In this document: positions 1 through 7,791 of the stretch, in pieces | How positions within the stretch are numbered: position 1 is the first letter of the stretch | How the letters are laid out: every line of letters begins with the position of its first letter | Virus record (IMG/VR): IMGVR_UViG_3300012943_000049 | Span: 1 to 33,057 of that record | Source: a virus | Taxonomy: Duplodnaviria > Caudoviricetes | Reading direction: 5' to 3' (one strand) | DNA: 33,057 nucleotides | Notes under the pieces: model-generated | Seen by the model: the letters and a program-made list of their open reading frames with translations, nothing else | Told to the model about the DNA's origin: nothing | Databases searched by the model: none | Program-made: the position numbers and the translations under genes

Positions 1-260
1 CCGACCACGCCGCCGACTCCGCCGCCGCCGCCGCCGACCACGCCGCCGACTCCGCCGCCGATCTCGCCGACCACGCCGCCGACTCCGCCGCCGACTCCGC
101 CGACCACGCCGCCGACTCCGCCGCCGATCTCGCCGATCTCGCCGCCGCCGATCTCGCCGATCTCGCCGATCTCGCCGATCTCGCCGCCGCCGATCTCGCC
201 GACTCCGCCGCCGATCTCGCCGATCTCGCCGATCTCGCCGCCGCCGACTCCGCCGACCGC
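1..260. repeat. Coding tandem repeat array of units CCGATCTCG, CCGACTCCG, CCGACCACG and CCG
   Basis: Directly visible. All units are multiples of 3 and encode RSA/ESA/WSA/A on the minus strand. Confidence 0.95.
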
Positions 261-703
261 AATTCCATTTCGCAGTAATCGATCACGCCCTGCAAAGCCT
301 GGCGGACTTGTTCGGCGTAGGGTTCAGTATTGTCTTTCAGGCGTTCGAGGTGGCGTTTGTGTCGCGCAATCGCGATCACGAACTGCACCGGCTCAAGGTC
401 TACGCCGATCGGTACCGCGTTGAGTAAATCGGTACCGAACTGCGGTGCTTCAGCAGCGGGCAGGCCTTCGAAAATCCGATCCGCCAAGTGCGCTAGCCAT
501 TCAGGCCATCCAAGTTCCACCGGAAACTGCGCGTGATCGTAGTTCTGCAAAGTGCAGCCTACGAAGCAACCGCGGCCCAGTCCCTTGTAGCCAGCGTCGT
601 AACCGGTGCCCTGGACGACGGCGTCTATCGCGCGATGCGCGGCGAACCGTTCTTCGAATCTCAGTTTGAGGGCGGGGTCGTTGTGATAGGAAAGCAGGGT
701 CAT
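1..703 (-). CDS. Hypothetical phage protein with Ala/Ser-rich C-terminal repeats; runs off the left edge of the window
   Basis: Absent from the ORF track because it has no stop in the window. Manual translation from ATG 703: MTLLSYHNDPALKLRFEERFAAHRAIDAVVQGTGYDAGYKGLGRGCFVGCTLQNYDHAQFPVELGWPEWLAHLADRIFEGLP...MELRSAESAAAARSARS...ESAAWS. Leader ACGGAACGAATC-ATG. Confidence 0.85.
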   Translation of the reverse strand, partial: MTLLSYHNDPALKLRFEERFAAHRAIDAVVQGTGYDAGYKGLGRGCFVGCTLQNYDHAQFPVELGWPEWLAHLADRIFEGLPAAEAPQFGTDLLNAVPIGVDLEPVQFVIAIARHKRHLERLKDNTEPYAEQVRQALQGVIDYCEMELRSAESAAARSARSARSAAESARSAAARSARSARSARSAAARSARSAAESAAWSAESAAESAAWSARSAAESAAWSAAAAAESAAWS

Positions 704-881
704 GATTCGTTCCGTCATGCGTTGTTGGTGTGAAGAAATAGTAGCCCGGTGCGAGGTAGCCACCGTGCCATGACAGCCACGCTAAGGCTTGTGCTTCTGC
801 TTCTGCGTGTGTATCAAACAACGCCGTGAATATCGTTCGGCCGGTCGGATGCGGCACAACGCATTTCGCTCGACATTTCAC
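501..881 (-). CDS. Hypothetical protein; 3' part overlaps the next gene and may be read-through
   Basis: GTG at 881 overlaps the methyltransferase stop (GTGA). The N-terminal ~55 aa look protein-like, while the rest overlaps the 703 ORF out of frame. Confidence 0.5.
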   Translation of the reverse strand: MKCRAKCVVPHPTGRTIFTALFDTHAEAEAQALAWLSWHGGYLAPGYYFFTPTTHDGTNHDPAFLSQRPRPQTEIRRTVRRASRDRRRRPGHRLRRWLQGTGPRLLRRLHFAELRSRAVSGGTWMA

Positions 882-1801
882 CTCAGCCACCCCATTACCG
901 TTTCGATGAGTATTTGCGCTTGGTACGCATTGATTGCGTTGCCATAACCCCGCAAGCGTCCCACTCTACCGGCAGAGCCATGAGCCAACGGGAATGACCC
1001 GGGTTCAACTGGCCTCCACCGTCCATCCCGGCAAAGCAGCCAGTCAGCAGCTGCCCACACGCCGTTAGTCGGGCCGGTTGCAAGTCCGGTGTTGGCGTCG
1101 ACAATGACCAGTTCATTTGGCTCGCGTCGGCGCTCAATGCTCCGTTCGCTTGATTTGGTCCGCCGTTGCTTCCGTCCGTCACCCTGGGCGTGTTCCAACC
1201 GCTCAGATGCACCGCCGCATTGTTCAACTGTTCGCCTTTCTTGCCGCCGCCCCGTTCCGCATACGTCGTCGCGTTCGCATGTCGGTAGTCCCGCGCTGCT
1301 GGCGTCGGCCACCCAGTACGTGCGATCTCGGATGTGGGGCGCGCCGACGCTCGCAGACGGAAACGCAACCGCCCCGAAGGCATACGCCAATCCTTCCATG
1401 TCAGTTTGTACAAGGTCGACCCAAGGGTCAGCAATCTTTCCTGCAACCTGTTCGCCAAGTACGAGTCCAGGGCGGACGGCTTCGATGAGGTAGTGCCAGT
1501 GCGGCCAAAGGTGCCGCTCGTCATCAAACCCATTGCCCGCGCCTGCCGCGCTGAAAGGTTGACAAGGACATGACCCGGTCCAAACGGCTCGGTCATCAGC
1601 CCATCCCGCACGTCGCAAGGCAAGCGACCAAACGCCAATTCCGGCGAAGAAATGACATTGAGTGTATCGGCGTAGGTCATTTGGGTGAACATCCTCAATA
1701 CTGCGTTCGTCAACGTCGCCCGGTGCGATGTGACCACCACGGATCAACTCGCGCAACCACTGGGCGGCAAAATGGTCTATCTCGTTGTAATAAGCGGCCA
1801 C
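878..1801 (-). CDS. C5-cytosine DNA methyltransferase, alpha-type polypeptide
   Basis: Motif I FFAGIG, catalytic motif IV GSCPCQPFS, motif VI GEQV, motif VIII HIRDRTY, motif X LRGYGNAI. No recognisable motif IX in this frame. Confidence 0.93.
   Translation of the reverse strand: MAAYYNEIDHFAAQWLRELIRGGHIAPGDVDERSIEDVHPNDLRRYTQCHFFAGIGVWSLALRRAGWADDRAVWTGSCPCQPFSAAGAGNGFDDERHLWPHWHYLIEAVRPGLVLGEQVAGKIADPWVDLVQTDMEGLAYAFGAVAFPSASVGAPHIRDRTYWVADASSAGLPTCERDDVCGTGRRQERRTVEQCGGASERLEHAQGDGRKQRRTKSSERSIERRREPNELVIVDANTGLATGPTNGVWAAADWLLCRDGRWRPVEPGSFPLAHGSAGRVGRLRGYGNAINAYQAQILIETVMGWLR
895..1524 (-). CDS. Probable methyltransferase beta polypeptide (target-recognition region plus motif IX) in an alternative frame inside the alpha gene
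   Basis: Frame is open from 1740 to 895. It contains GWPTPAARD and GWNTPRVTD repeats and motif IX-like LNPGHSRWLMALPVEW. The start is uncertain; ATG 1524 (MTSGTFG) was chosen. Confidence 0.8.
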   Translation of the reverse strand: MTSGTFGRTGTTSSKPSALDSYLANRLQERLLTLGSTLYKLTWKDWRMPSGRLRFRLRASARPTSEIARTGWPTPAARDYRHANATTYAERGGGKKGEQLNNAAVHLSGWNTPRVTDGSNGGPNQANGALSADASQMNWSLSTPTPDLQPARLTACGQLLTGCFAGMDGGGQLNPGHSRWLMALPVEWDACGVMATQSMRTKRKYSSKR

Positions 1802-1804
1802 GCG

Positions 1805-1987
1805 TTAGCCCTTGACGATGACGCGCTTGGTCCCTTGGTTCGAAGTCACCACGATCCCATGCTCTTTGTGGTACTGAACCATCGCTTCGTGGAATTTTTC
1901 AAACTGACCACGGAACTTAGCGAACGATTCTTGTTGAAACATTTGCAGGTCTTGAGCTTCTTTCTCGGTCAGGGGGCGGGTTTTCAT
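1805..1987 (-). CDS. Hypothetical protein, 60 aa
   Basis: ORF directly downstream of the 2022-2051 promoter; fits the gene tiling. Confidence 0.75.
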   Translation of the reverse strand: MKTRPLTEKEAQDLQMFQQESFAKFRGQFEKFHEAMVQYHKEHGIVVTSNQGTKRVIVKG

Positions 1988-2364
1988 GTTCGTTCCGTTC
2001 GAATGTTGTTGGTGTGAAGGAATAGTAGCCCACTATTTACACCGGTGTCAACAACCGCCAACGCTAATTCGTCTTGCGCCCGTTGCAATCTTGCCGCAGT
2101 GTGACGAACGTAGGCTTTCTTTCGTTCCCGGTAAGCATCCAGCGCTTCAGCCGCTGTCCGATGCGCAAGACGTTTACGACTAGTGTTCGACACCCATCGT
2201 TCGAAACAGCCGTATTCGATCCAGCAACCGCAGGGCGTTTCACGAATGATCCGAAATTCGCTCAATACAAGCCGTGGCGCTGTCGTTCCGTAATCTTCCC
2301 GGTCAGGGTCTATCACCACGGAATAGCGTTGAGCTTCGTATCGGTACAACACGGGTGGGTTCAA
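1984..2364 (-). CDS. Hypothetical protein
   Basis: Probable TTG start overlapping the upstream TGA; ATGA overlap with the next gene. Confidence 0.7.
   Translation of the reverse strand: MNPPVLYRYEAQRYSVVIDPDREDYGTTAPRLVLSEFRIIRETPCGCWIEYGCFERWVSNTSRKRLAHRTAAEALDAYRERKKAYVRHTAARLQRAQDELALAVVDTGVNSGLLFLHTNNIRTERT
2022..2051 (-). promoter_or_regulatory. Sigma70-type promoter with palindromic operator-like box
   Basis: Minus strand TTGACA-CCGGTGTAAATAGTGGGC(18)-TACTAT. Confidence 0.85.
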
Positions 2365-2840
2365 TGTCGACTCCGCGCCACGTCCTGGCCGACACCGGCA
2401 ACGTATATAGCACACATTTGACCGTTCCCCCCCAGTTCCCACCCGCAGATGTGGATTTCCCTATGACGATGCAGACGATTTACGGCGATTCGCACCTGGC
2501 GCGTAAGCGCTCCCGTTTGATTGCAGATGTCGGCCACACTCGATGGGTACTGACACGCGGCCAGCACGGTATTTTTGTGCAACGGTACCGTCGTTTCTGC
2601 GTTACGCACATTAAACGCCGCGATAAGCCGTAGCGTCGCCGCCGTTGTGGCCGACTCGTCGTGACGCATGAGCGCCGTTCCGTAGTCTTCGATCAGTTTG
2701 CTGATTTTGCCGTCGCGGTCGATAGCCAAGTCATCGCGTACCAACTGTTCGACAGCCTGCGCAAACGGCATGATAGGCCCATCGTATTCGTCGATGTGCA
2801 TGTTGGCCAGGATGGTCACGGTTTCAGGATTGAGTGTCAT
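2361..2840 (-). CDS. Hypothetical protein, possible C-terminal winged-helix
   Basis: AAGGA upstream of ATG 2840. SVADICNQTGALTRQVRIAVNRLHRHREIHICGW resembles a wHTH. Confidence 0.7.
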   Translation of the reverse strand: MTLNPETVTILANMHIDEYDGPIMPFAQAVEQLVRDDLAIDRDGKISKLIEDYGTALMRHDESATTAATLRLIAAFNVRNAETTVPLHKNTVLAACQYPSSVADICNQTGALTRQVRIAVNRLHRHREIHICGWELGGNGQMCAIYVAGVGQDVARSRH

Positions 2841-2894
2841 AACGAAGTCCTTGGCATGAACGATAGGTCGATAGCGCAATAGACCGTTGCGAAG

Positions 2895-3110
2895 TTAGCG
2901 GGTTTCATCGCCATTCCCCTCGGCGGCACGCTGGGCGCGGGCCACTTCCGTCATGCGTTTGTTGATCGCAGCCATAAGGTCAGCCGACTTGAATCGATCC
3001 CGCGCCTCCCCATACATTGCGGCAAGTTCAAAATAGTCTGACGAGTCGAGTGCGCGAAGCAGAAAATCGACCTCAGGTGGCGGTTTTCGGGCAAAGAAGC
3101 ATCCAAGCAT
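2895..3110 (-). CDS. Hypothetical protein
   Basis: TGATG coupling with the upstream gene at 3110. Confidence 0.7.
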   Translation of the reverse strand: MLGCFFARKPPPEVDFLLRALDSSDYFELAAMYGEARDRFKSADLMAAINKRMTEVARAQRAAEGNGDETR

Positions 3111-4966
3111 CACGCATTCCCGTTGGCACGCTGGGCGCGGGCGGCTTCGGCCATCACCTTCAACTCTGCCTCCGCATGCGTCGACCACTCTTTCCCGTGA
3201 CGCAGGTAGGCCCGCAGCAAGAAATAGATGACCGCTGCCTGTTCTGCCTCTGATTTCTGAGGGATAGTCTGCCCGCTGAGCCTGAACAGTTGGGCGATGC
3301 GGATGCAGGTGAAATTTGGGCGCCCCAGAATCTCGATGAGATCATCGGTCAACTCGCCGAGCAATGATGGCTTGTCCTTCGCATCGCCCCCGCCCTGCTG
3401 CCCCGGCTTGGCGGCAAGGTCGGCGCGGGCTTGCCATGCTTCCCATCCAGCATCGCGCCCGTGCATGCGCCCGATGGCTTCGCCCTCCTTCTTCCAGGCC
3501 CACTCACCAAATGCCTTCCACTCATCCCGCTCATCGCCCTGCGCAACCGTCAAGGAATGCGGGACGGTTGGGGCGGCAAGATATGCGCGCCATTCGTCGT
3601 CCGCCTTATGTAAGTCTTCTACCGAGCGGAACTTGAACACCATTTCAAAGCGGCGCTGCTTGGGGTCCGGATTGCCGTGCACGTCCGTCGTTCGGAATGC
3701 GGCGCGCATCGACGGCATGACAGCTTCGGCCTGCCGCTGGCGCAGGCGTACCACTTCGGGCGTCTCTGCGCTCTCTGCGGCAAGGGCGGAGCGGATGATC
3801 GCCATTTCGCGATCCACCAGCACCCCGTTACGGGCGTCCTTTGCGGCGTCTTCGATCCATTTCAGGGCTTCCTGCAACGCCGCCCGCTCCTCGCCCTGCG
3901 CAACCGGAAACTCATAATGCAAGCTGGCATCGGCACGGCGTAAATGTTCGTCCAGCGCGCCCCGCGCCCTGGCCCTTGCAGTGGACCCGACCGGATGTTC
4001 TCCAAGCGCCGATGCAAGCGAATGCGCACGCGACAGCCATTCATCGCTCTGCGCAACCTCATTGGCCGTTACAGCTTCTTCCGGCCAGCAGGGATAGGGT
4101 CTGCCAAGAACCGCGCCGTGATCGTGCAGCTTCACCGGGCCACGCTTCTGAATGGGTGCGGCTGTCGCTTGCAGGGCATCAGCCCACGCGCGCTGATAGA
4201 ACTTCCAATCGGCATCGACTTTCAGCGCCTTGTACGCTCCCTGGTCGTTGCGGTCCAATATCGAACCATCGCAGCGTTTGGCATCGGCATGAAGCCGCTC
4301 GAAGCCGTCGCGCATGTCTTGCGTAATATCTTCGCCCTTCGGCCACGGGACCGGAAACTTCGGCTCTGATTGCTGAATGGGTGCGGGCGGGGCGGCGACA
4401 AGCTTCCACCGCTTATCGCGTACCTGCGCCACGATATCGCACAGGCGGGCTTGTGGTGCTGCGCCATCTTCGCCGTTCAACAATACGTCCAGTTCGCGCA
4501 CTAGGCGGTTATGATCCGCCCCGGCCTCTACAGGTGCGGGAGGGGCTCCGCGATAAAGCGGCTCGATTTCGTAGTTGCAATTGTCCGCGTGCGCCTGCGC
4601 CGGCACCCGGTCAAGATAGAAAGAGCCTCCGGCCACTAGCCACCCAGCTGGCACCGCCCCGGCCGCTATAGGCGCGGCGAGACGGCGAGCGAAGTTTGCG
4701 GCCTGTTCATCACGCATCTTGTCCCATTGCGTGAACGGGATTTCAGGCCCCCAGAAGCGTCCCCAGGCTATCGCCTCACCAAACAATGCCACCGGCACCG
4801 CTCCGGCCTCGCTGGCGGCAGGCTGGATGCGTTCGAGGATGGCGCGCTCGATGGCGCGTGAGAGGTCAAGGTATCCCCAGGTCTTCATGTACCCGGTGAC
4901 GCCGCCCGGCAGGCTTTCGGCGATCGTCGTTACTTGCTGTTCGCTCAACACAGTCTTGTCGTTCAT
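3110..4966 (-). CDS. Large mosaic hypothetical protein (Ead/EaA-like modular accessory protein)
   Basis: Long ORF, ATG 4966 coupled to the upstream stop. Segments are separated by recurring linkers (APPAP, AAPI, VAQGDE/VAQGEE/VAQSDE). Confidence 0.8.
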   Translation of the reverse strand: MNDKTVLSEQQVTTIAESLPGGVTGYMKTWGYLDLSRAIERAILERIQPAASEAGAVPVALFGEAIAWGRFWGPEIPFTQWDKMRDEQAANFARRLAAPIAAGAVPAGWLVAGGSFYLDRVPAQAHADNCNYEIEPLYRGAPPAPVEAGADHNRLVRELDVLLNGEDGAAPQARLCDIVAQVRDKRWKLVAAPPAPIQQSEPKFPVPWPKGEDITQDMRDGFERLHADAKRCDGSILDRNDQGAYKALKVDADWKFYQRAWADALQATAAPIQKRGPVKLHDHGAVLGRPYPCWPEEAVTANEVAQSDEWLSRAHSLASALGEHPVGSTARARARGALDEHLRRADASLHYEFPVAQGEERAALQEALKWIEDAAKDARNGVLVDREMAIIRSALAAESAETPEVVRLRQRQAEAVMPSMRAAFRTTDVHGNPDPKQRRFEMVFKFRSVEDLHKADDEWRAYLAAPTVPHSLTVAQGDERDEWKAFGEWAWKKEGEAIGRMHGRDAGWEAWQARADLAAKPGQQGGGDAKDKPSLLGELTDDLIEILGRPNFTCIRIAQLFRLSGQTIPQKSEAEQAAVIYFLLRAYLRHGKEWSTHAEAELKVMAEAARAQRANGNA

Positions 4967-5172
4967 TCCGTAGGTCTCAAAGAATACCCGCAGTCGCATC
5001 CCAGGACGGCGCGGCGCGGGTTGGTTTGGTAGGGGGCGGTATCGGTGTGGCCGATGACGGCGCAGTGGTTCGCGGCTTCCCAGTCGCGTTGCGGGGCCTT
5101 CAATGCGTCGCCGATATACATGACGGTGGTTGCAAAAAAGAAAGGCCCCAGGATCGATAGGTACAGGCGCAT
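4963..5172 (-). CDS. Small protein with N-terminal hydrophobic segment; paralog of 5865-6044
   Basis: Shares GHT..PYQT.PRR..L.CD.G with 5865-6044. Confidence 0.75.
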   Translation of the reverse strand: MRLYLSILGPFFFATTVMYIGDALKAPQRDWEAANHCAVIGHTDTAPYQTNPRRAVLGCDCGYSLRPTE

Positions 5173-5173
5173 G

Positions 5174-5554
5174 TCAGGCCTTGGGGATCTCGGCCAGCGC
5201 GACCCAGGCTTTGCCGGGGGGCTTATCGGTGGCGGCGAAAGTCTTCGCGGACGGGATCCAATGCGCCACCGGCTTCATCTCCGCGATCAGGTCGGCGCGG
5301 GCCTTGGTGCGCGCCTCGGCGATCGCGTCCCATTTCTCCGTCACCATACGCTGAGCAAACTCCTGCAGCCGACCGATCTCTTTCAACAGTCCTACTTGGC
5401 TGAGATTCAGCGTGAATGCGTCGATCGTCTTCTTGCGCTGCTCGGCCAGCATGGTGCGGACTTCGCTCTCGGTGAACCAGCGCTGGCGGAAATGCTTGTC
5501 GCCGATCGTGATGAGCGCCAGGGGAGACAGTTGTGCAGATGATTTATCCGTCAC
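5174..5554 (-). CDS. Hypothetical protein
   Basis: GTG 5554 overlaps the upstream TGA; tiles in the operon. Confidence 0.7.
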   Translation of the reverse strand: MTDKSSAQLSPLALITIGDKHFRQRWFTESEVRTMLAEQRKKTIDAFTLNLSQVGLLKEIGRLQEFAQRMVTEKWDAIAEARTKARADLIAEMKPVAHWIPSAKTFAATDKPPGKAWVALAEIPKA

Positions 5555-5868
5555 GTCGTCGGCTCCTTGTCGATTAGGGCGCGGACGTGCGTAACGCATC
5601 GTCGTATTTCGGTTGCAGCAGCCAACGCCGCCCGGATCGCTTCTTTGAATTTCTCAACCTCCGGAAAATCGGTAGCGTAGTAAGCCTCCCGGGCGGCCTT
5701 AACCATCGCAGCGGTTACGTCAATAGGCATGGTCGTCGACCACGCGCGCCGCGCCGACACTTCCGCCCATAGCTCGTTTATCACGCGATGCGCTTCGGGG
5801 TGCCGCGACTTGTGCGATTCGTTGAGCAGTCCCTTCAGGGCGTAGTCAACATCAGACTGATTAATCAT
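5551..5868 (-). CDS. Hypothetical protein
   Basis: ORF with 4-nt overlaps on both sides. Confidence 0.75.
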   Translation of the reverse strand: MINQSDVDYALKGLLNESHKSRHPEAHRVINELWAEVSARRAWSTTMPIDVTAAMVKAAREAYYATDFPEVEKFKEAIRAALAAATEIRRCVTHVRALIDKEPTT

Positions 5869-6044
5869 CTCGTCGATCTCTCATGAAATCCATCGTCGCA
5901 CAACAAGATGGTGCGCCGCGGATCGGTTTGGTAAGGTACGTTCGGGTCGCCCGTGTGGCCGACGACTTCCCAACGAAGATCCGGCTTTGCCAGCCACGAC
6001 CCAAACCAGATGGCTACCACACATAGCGCGGCATCACGAAGCAT
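5865..6044 (-). CDS. Small protein with N-terminal hydrophobic segment; paralog of 4963-5172
   Basis: GGGGAG upstream of ATG 6044; MLRDAALCVVAIWFGSWLAKPDLRWEVVGHTGDPNVPYQTDPRRTILLCDDGF. Confidence 0.75.
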   Translation of the reverse strand: MLRDAALCVVAIWFGSWLAKPDLRWEVVGHTGDPNVPYQTDPRRTILLCDDGFHERSTR

Positions 6045-6252
6045 CGCGCAACACTCCCCGCCACTGTTTGTTTTGCAGACCGAGATAAGGGCGTTCACGG
6101 CAAGCCCTGCCCGGCGTCGGATACTGAATGCCCCACGAATGCCCATTCCACCATGAATACCCGTTATCCAGATTCTTTGCTCGGGTTTCATAAACGCCTG
6201 CGTGTACAGGTTTGATCTCAGGCGGATGCCACGGTCCGAGTTTGTTAGCCAT
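6034..6252 (-). CDS. Hypothetical phage protein
   Basis: Trp-rich 72 aa ORF (PWHPPEIKPVHAGVYE...YSWWNG...WRGV); tiles in the operon. Confidence 0.75.
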   Translation of the reverse strand: MANKLGPWHPPEIKPVHAGVYETRAKNLDNGYSWWNGHSWGIQYPTPGRACRERPYLGLQNKQWRGVLRDAS

Positions 6253-6553
6253 CGTTCATCACCTTCAGGAATGCGGCGTCGATGGCACGTGCAGTACCCC
6301 GCGGTGTGGCATCCAACGCCGCGATTAGTCGATCAAAAAACAGTTCGTCATTCGCCATCATGGCACGACGTACACGGCGGTAAATCTCCGCGTGCTGGGT
6401 GTCGGTGTCCAGCGCTTTGACGATCCGTTCGGCGTGGCTCAGGGTAACCGTATACGCTACCGTCGGCGTCTGAGTGCCGACGTGTCGCACTACACGATAG
6501 TTTGGTGTCGGTGGATTCTCGTTGAGCAACACGTCTTCAACCATATGAACCAT
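6245..6553 (-). CDS. Hypothetical protein
   Basis: GAGGTG upstream of ATG 6553. Confidence 0.7.
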   Translation of the reverse strand: MVHMVEDVLLNENPPTPNYRVVRHVGTQTPTVAYTVTLSHAERIVKALDTDTQHAEIYRRVRRAMMANDELFFDRLIAALDATPRGTARAIDAAFLKVMNDG

Positions 6554-6554
6554 A

Positions 6555-6683
6555 CTATTCACCTCTACGACGGGAACGTGTCACGCCGCTCCGATGGATT
6601 TCGACGCCCACGGCAATGCCGTAGATGACGCACACCACGGACAGCACCGTGAAGCCGATGTATACGAGGGTCAGGCCGTTCAT
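6555..6683 (-). CDS. Small single-TM membrane protein, 42 aa
   Basis: Manual translation MNGLTLVYIGFTVLSVVCVIYGIAVGVEIHRSGVTRSRRRGE; fills the gap exactly, with an ATGA overlap. Confidence 0.7.
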   Translation of the reverse strand: MNGLTLVYIGFTVLSVVCVIYGIAVGVEIHRSGVTRSRRRGE

Positions 6684-7027
6684 ACAGCAGCCCCTGCGAC
6701 GGCCACTAGTACCGCTTCGACAATGATTTCCCGAACGTGTTTTTCCAGATTAACGTCATCGGCGATGAACACGGACCGACGTTTGCCCTTGACTTCAGCG
6801 GCCAGAATCCAGCAACTACCGCCCGGATAGTACGGATCTTTCTTGATCAACATCTCACCACCGACCGCCGCAAGCAACTCAAAAGCTGCGGACGTAGTCG
6901 CTTCTGGGTCCCACGCCCACAACGGCCCGAACGATGTGGGCGACTTGAAAAGTGCGGGCGGGCTGTACGTTTCGTCAATCCTGTAACCCGCTGCTTTGGC
7001 TAAATCACGGATTCTTTTATCTATCAT
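6680..7027 (-). CDS. Hypothetical protein
   Basis: 115 aa ORF overlapping both neighbours by 4 nt. Confidence 0.75.
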   Translation of the reverse strand: MIDKRIRDLAKAAGYRIDETYSPPALFKSPTSFGPLWAWDPEATTSAAFELLAAVGGEMLIKKDPYYPGGSCWILAAEVKGKRRSVFIADDVNLEKHVREIIVEAVLVAVAGAAV

Positions 7028-7323
7028 TTTCCAGCAGACTCCATAAGCTGTTTGCCGCGCTCCAACAGGATGTCATCGGCTTGTTTGCGGATTGCATCGA
7101 ACTTGTCGTCCACGCCAAGGGCGTGAGCAAATGCGAGTACGAGCGCTAACCACGCTTCCTGCGTACCCTGCATGACCATTTCGATGTGTTTGGGATCGCC
7201 CTTCGGATACACCATCATGCCCGTTACGTGTTGGATGCGCATGTTGGCGAAGTGCTTGGCGACCAGTTCAACGCTCGCGTCGATGTCGCGCTTGGTCTGT
7301 CGCCGCCGTGGTTTATTCATCAT
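7024..7323 (-). CDS. Hypothetical protein
   Basis: ATG 7344 lies in the -10 box, so the start is likely ATG 7323 or 7320 after GGGGA. Confidence 0.75.
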   Translation of the reverse strand: MMNKPRRRQTKRDIDASVELVAKHFANMRIQHVTGMMVYPKGDPKHIEMVMQGTQEAWLALVLAFAHALGVDDKFDAIRKQADDILLERGKQLMESAGK

Positions 7324-7570
7324 CGTCCCCATGTGAGACTTCATAGTAATCCTTGTTTACTCTGGTGTCAACAACAGTTGACGGCAAGCGTGCATGCCCG
7401 GCTTGCGGGTCGTACCACGCGTGTTCGGGTCGTCCACTGTCGCAACGAATCCACGGTCCCCAACGGTGTGTATCTGGCGCGGCGACTCGGTAATACCACT
7501 GCCCATCCACCGTAACTGTCGCCTGCTTATTGCCTGCTGTACCGATTCGAAAGATGGGCGATGCGGTCAT
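7313..7570 (-). CDS. Hypothetical protein
   Basis: ATGA coupling at 7570 (MTASPIFRIG...). Confidence 0.7.
   Translation of the reverse strand: MTASPIFRIGTAGNKQATVTVDGQWYYRVAAPDTHRWGPWIRCDSGRPEHAWYDPQAGHARLPSTVVDTRVNKDYYEVSHGDDDE
7343..7371 (-). promoter_or_regulatory. Sigma70-type promoter with operator-like box
   Basis: Minus strand TTGACA-CCAGAGTAAACAAGGAT(17)-TACTAT. Confidence 0.85.
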
Positions 7571-7791
7571 GGTTCGCGATATCCGATAGCAAGGATGAAT
7601 AGGAAGCCGACCAACATGCCCCACATGGGAAACATGAACATCCAGGCGATAGCCAGGACAACACGTTCAACGTCCCAATCGATGCCAGTGAGCGCGTGAC
7701 CGGCGAACACGTACGATCCACCATCGATCGGAAGCAACAACAGCGGCCAGAACCACAGAACGGCGATAGCAGCCACGCCAAGGCGCTTCAT
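7567..7791 (-). CDS. Small membrane protein with two hydrophobic segments
   Basis: LGVAAIAVLWFWPLLLLPI and VVLAIAWMFMFPMWGMLVGFLFILAIG. Confidence 0.75.
   Translation of the reverse strand: MKRLGVAAIAVLWFWPLLLLPIDGGSYVFAGHALTGIDWDVERVVLAIAWMFMFPMWGMLVGFLFILAIGYREP

Noticed and set aside
1-260. Repeat array as CRISPR, telomere or iterons
   Set aside because: There are no unique spacers, and the units keep frame within the ORF starting at 703, so it is a coding repeat.
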